From contig JBEKDT010000004.1 of the NCBI GenBank assembly GCA_050014195.1, forward strand, positions 166,473 through 230,472: a DNA stretch of 64,000 nt, in the 5' to 3' direction. The notes beneath the pieces are model-generated. The model did no database searches and was not told the DNA's origin. It was given only the letters and a program-made list of their open reading frames with translations. Within the stretch, counting starts at the first letter, position 1. Every line of letters begins with the position of its first letter. Made by a program: the position numbers and the translations under genes. This document shows, piece after piece, positions 61,141-64,000 of this stretch. This stretch comes from Desulfomonilia bacterium (lineage in GTDB: Bacteria; Desulfobacterota; Desulfomonilia; UBA1062).

Positions 61141-62787
61141 ATGATGGGTAGGAATGAGACAGAAGAACAGCTCATAAGGGAATTAGCAGAAGCTCGCCAA
61201 CGATTTTCTGAATTGGAAAGTGCAGTAGTCCACTATAAGCAAGCGGATGAAGAGTTGCAGAAAAGCCACGCACAGATGCAGGCAGTTCTGGATGCATCGC
61301 TGGACGCCATCACATTAACAAACGAGCAAGGCCTATTCCTCGCCTGTAATAAGGCCCTGTTAGAACGATGGGGGAAATCTCGTGATCAACTGCTGGGGCC
61401 TTCTGCCGGCGAGGTATTGCCACCTGCGATCTTTCAGAACCGTATGGATCGAGTACGCCGAGTACTAAAAACCGGAGAGAGCGATCATTTCATTGATGAG
61501 TGGGATGGCCTTTGGTTTGAGAATACCATTGCTCCGATCATAGAAACGGATGGTAGTATCAAAACTGTAGCCCTGTTCTCTCGCGATATCACCGAACGCA
61601 AGAATTCAGAAAAGGCCCTGCTGGAGAGTGAAAGCAAATACCGTGAGCTTGTAGAAAATTCGAACAGCATCATCTTTCACTGGAACCGCCGGGGTGAAAT
61701 AACCTTTATGAATGAGTTCGGTCAGAAGTTTTTCGGCTACTCCGAAGCTGAGGTCCTGGGGCGAAACGTGGTGGGTACTATCATTCCTGAAACCGAGAGT
61801 ACCGGTCGCGATCTACCACCCCTTATGGAAGAAATCTGCCGGGATCCTTTTAAGTTCGAGCGAAACATCAATGAAAATATGCGAAGCAATGGGGAGCGTG
61901 TTTGGATCGATTGGACCAACAAGATGGTTTTGAATGATCAGGGTGAGCTGATCCAGATCTTGAGTATAGGTTCAGACATTACTGATAGAAAACGGGCTGA
62001 GGAAGCCCTTCAAAAGGCTTATGGCGAGCTGGAACAACATGTCCGCGAACGAACTGCCGAACTTACCTCCGCCAACGAGCGATTACTGGAGCTAGACCGG
62101 CTGAAATCAGAGTTCCTCGCAACAATGAGCCATGAACTTCGCACACCCCTTAACTCAATTATAGGTTTTACTGGAATTCTGCGACAAGGCTTTGCCGGTC
62201 CAGTCAATGATGAACAATATAAGCAGCTTGACATGGCCTATAATTCTGCGAGACACCTTCTTTCGCTTATTAATGATCTTCTGGATATATCGGGTATTGA
62301 AGCTGGAAAACTGGAGCTTGAGCACAAGTCGTTCAACTTCGTTGACATAGTGACTGAAGTGGTTGATAATCTTAAACTAAGGATACTCCAGAAGAGGTTG
62401 TCTCTGGTCACTGACCTGCACAGTCAGGCCATCAATATGGTGGGAGACCGCAAACGATGCCTCCAGGTACTGCTGAACCTGGTCAACAACGCCGTGAAAT
62501 TTACAGATACAGGTGAGATTAAAATCGCCACGAGTATCGAAGGTAAAACTCTAAGGGTCTGTGTGTCAGACACCGGTATCGGCATCAAACCAGAAAACAT
62601 CAGGATGCTCTTCGAAGCATTCCGACAAGTTGATGGGTCTGCAAAACGAATTTATGAGGGCACAGGTCTTGGGCTATACCTCTGCCGCACATTGCTCACA
62701 TTGATGGGAGGAAAAATCTCGGTAGAGAGTGAATTTGGTAAGGGATCAAGGTTTACATTCACCGTACCAATGATTTTTGAAACATAA
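61141..62787 (+). CDS. Two-PAS sensor histidine kinase
   Basis: FLATMSHELRTPLNSI, NLVNNAVKFT, DTGIGI, GTGLGL. Confidence 0.95.
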   Translation: MMGRNETEEQLIRELAEARQRFSELESAVVHYKQADEELQKSHAQMQAVLDASLDAITLTNEQGLFLACNKALLERWGKSRDQLLGPSAGEVLPPAIFQNRMDRVRRVLKTGESDHFIDEWDGLWFENTIAPIIETDGSIKTVALFSRDITERKNSEKALLESESKYRELVENSNSIIFHWNRRGEITFMNEFGQKFFGYSEAEVLGRNVVGTIIPETESTGRDLPPLMEEICRDPFKFERNINENMRSNGERVWIDWTNKMVLNDQGELIQILSIGSDITDRKRAEEALQKAYGELEQHVRERTAELTSANERLLELDRLKSEFLATMSHELRTPLNSIIGFTGILRQGFAGPVNDEQYKQLDMAYNSARHLLSLINDLLDISGIEAGKLELEHKSFNFVDIVTEVVDNLKLRILQKRLSLVTDLHSQAINMVGDRKRCLQVLLNLVNNAVKFTDTGEIKIATSIEGKTLRVCVSDTGIGIKPENIRMLFEAFRQVDGSAKRIYEGTGLGLYLCRTLLTLMGGKISVESEFGKGSRFTFTVPMIFET

Positions 62788-62788
62788 T

Positions 62789-63169
62789 ATGGCAAAAATC
62801 TTACTTGTGGAAGACAACGAAAATAATAGATACCTAGAACAATTCTTGCTCGAACGCGAGGGTTTTACTGTTGTTACGGCAACGAACGGATCTCTTGCAC
62901 TTGAAGCAGCGAGCCTTGAGAAACCCGACCTCATTGTGATGGATATCCAGATGCCGGAGATGGACGGTTATGAACTAGCCAAGCGGCTTAAGAGCGACTC
63001 AGGGCTTACCCATATTCCAATTGTCGGGGTCAGTTCTTATGCTATGGCTGGTGACCGTGAAAAAGCTATGAATGTCGGATTTATCGGATATGTTGAGAAG
63101 CCTATCAACCCGGAAACATTCGGGCAGGAGATAAAGCGTTTCTTTAATAAAAAAGGAGAGCAAACATGA
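62789..63169 (+). CDS. Single-domain response regulator (DivK-like)
   Basis: LLVEDN, MDIQMP, KP. Confidence 0.93.
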   Translation: MAKILLVEDNENNRYLEQFLLEREGFTVVTATNGSLALEAASLEKPDLIVMDIQMPEMDGYELAKRLKSDSGLTHIPIVGVSSYAMAGDREKAMNVGFIGYVEKPINPETFGQEIKRFFNKKGEQT

Positions 63170-64000
63170 GAATTCTCAGTGTAGACGATAAAACTGAGAA
63201 CCTATATCTGATGGAGTCCATACTGCGTGGTTACGGTTATGAAGTCGTAGCTGCACACAATGGCATAGAAGCATTGCAGAAGCTTGAAGATCAACAAATC
63301 GACATGATCATCTCCGATATCCTCATGCCGAAGATGGATGGCTTCCAGCTCTGCCGGGAAGTAAAAAAGAATGACAAGTTGAAACAGATTCCCTTTGTTT
63401 TTTACACTGCCACATATACCGACAAAAAAGATGAAGACCTGGCTTTAAGCCTTGGAGCTTCGGGTTTCATCATCAAGCCGACAGAACCGGAAAAGTTTAT
63501 GAAAATCATCGCAACGGTGATCCATGAAAACAAAGAAGGCGGGCTCTCGATTCCCCAGCCGGTGCTTGAGGAAGAGATCTATCTCAAGGCCTACAATGTG
63601 AGCTTGATTCATAAGCTTGAGAATAAATTGGAACAAATCGAGGCTACAAACAGGGAGCTGGAGGTGGCTCTCAATGAAAAAAGCAAAGAAATAGCCAAGC
63701 GCAAGCAGGCTGAGGAGGAACTAAAGAAACACCGTGATGCCCTTGAAGACTTGGTTAAAGAACGCACAGCTGAACTCATGAAGGCAAATGAGCAACTGAA
63801 AAAAGAAATACAAGAGCGCAAACAGGCTGAAGAAGCGCTACGCGAGAGTGAGGAAAGATATCGCATAACCCTTCAGAGCATGCCGGATGCTGTGAGTATC
63901 ATAAAAACTGAGGATGCCAAATATCTCTATGTGAATGATGCCTTCTGCAAGATTACCGGGTATACACTGGAAGAAGTCAAAGGGAAAACACTCTTTGATT
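63166..64000 (+). CDS. Receiver plus PAS signalling protein, truncated by the window end
   Basis: ATGA overlap with the upstream stop, GGAG RBS; MRILSVDD, ISDILMPKMDG, IIKP, coiled coil, PAS start; absent from the ORF track because no stop lies in the window. Confidence 0.9.
   Translation, partial: MRILSVDDKTENLYLMESILRGYGYEVVAAHNGIEALQKLEDQQIDMIISDILMPKMDGFQLCREVKKNDKLKQIPFVFYTATYTDKKDEDLALSLGASGFIIKPTEPEKFMKIIATVIHENKEGGLSIPQPVLEEEIYLKAYNVSLIHKLENKLEQIEATNRELEVALNEKSKEIAKRKQAEEELKKHRDALEDLVKERTAELMKANEQLKKEIQERKQAEEALRESEERYRITLQSMPDAVSIIKTEDAKYLYVNDAFCKITGYTLEEVKGKTLFD

Overview
A 64-kb chromosomal window from an anaerobic bacterium, most likely Desulfobacterota/deltaproteobacteria-like (inferred from gene content, not proven). 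It contains htpG, CIRCE-controlled groES-groEL, a TetR-EmrAB-type efflux operon, an arnT-B-C-A(split)-D lipid A modification cluster, glgX, acyl-CoA metabolism genes (thiolase, icmF, cobO, enoyl-CoA hydratase), citrate synthase, an mrfA/mrfB-type helicase-exonuclease pair, several PAS signalling genes, tRNA-Gln(CTG) and a PEP-CTERM protein. No CRISPR array, prophage or intact transposase was seen. Best leads: (1) a UGA-recoded peroxiredoxin-like selenoprotein with an in-gene SECIS-like hairpin at the left edge; (2) an IscS/NifS-type PLP enzyme lacking the catalytic Cys loop and fused to a DUF3343-like domain, a possible dedicated selenium-handling enzyme; (3) an exported nitroreductase-fold protein fused to a ComEA-type DNA-binding domain, next to tandem dodecins; (4) a DRTGG/kinase/PHP phosphatase module that lacks its usual Fe-S/hydrogenase partners and follows a carbonic anhydrase; (5) a lytic transglycosylase duplicated together with its promoter and leader. 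Intergenic DNA carries several palindromic repeat families and a MITE-like element. All family assignments come from motif recognition by eye, not database searches.
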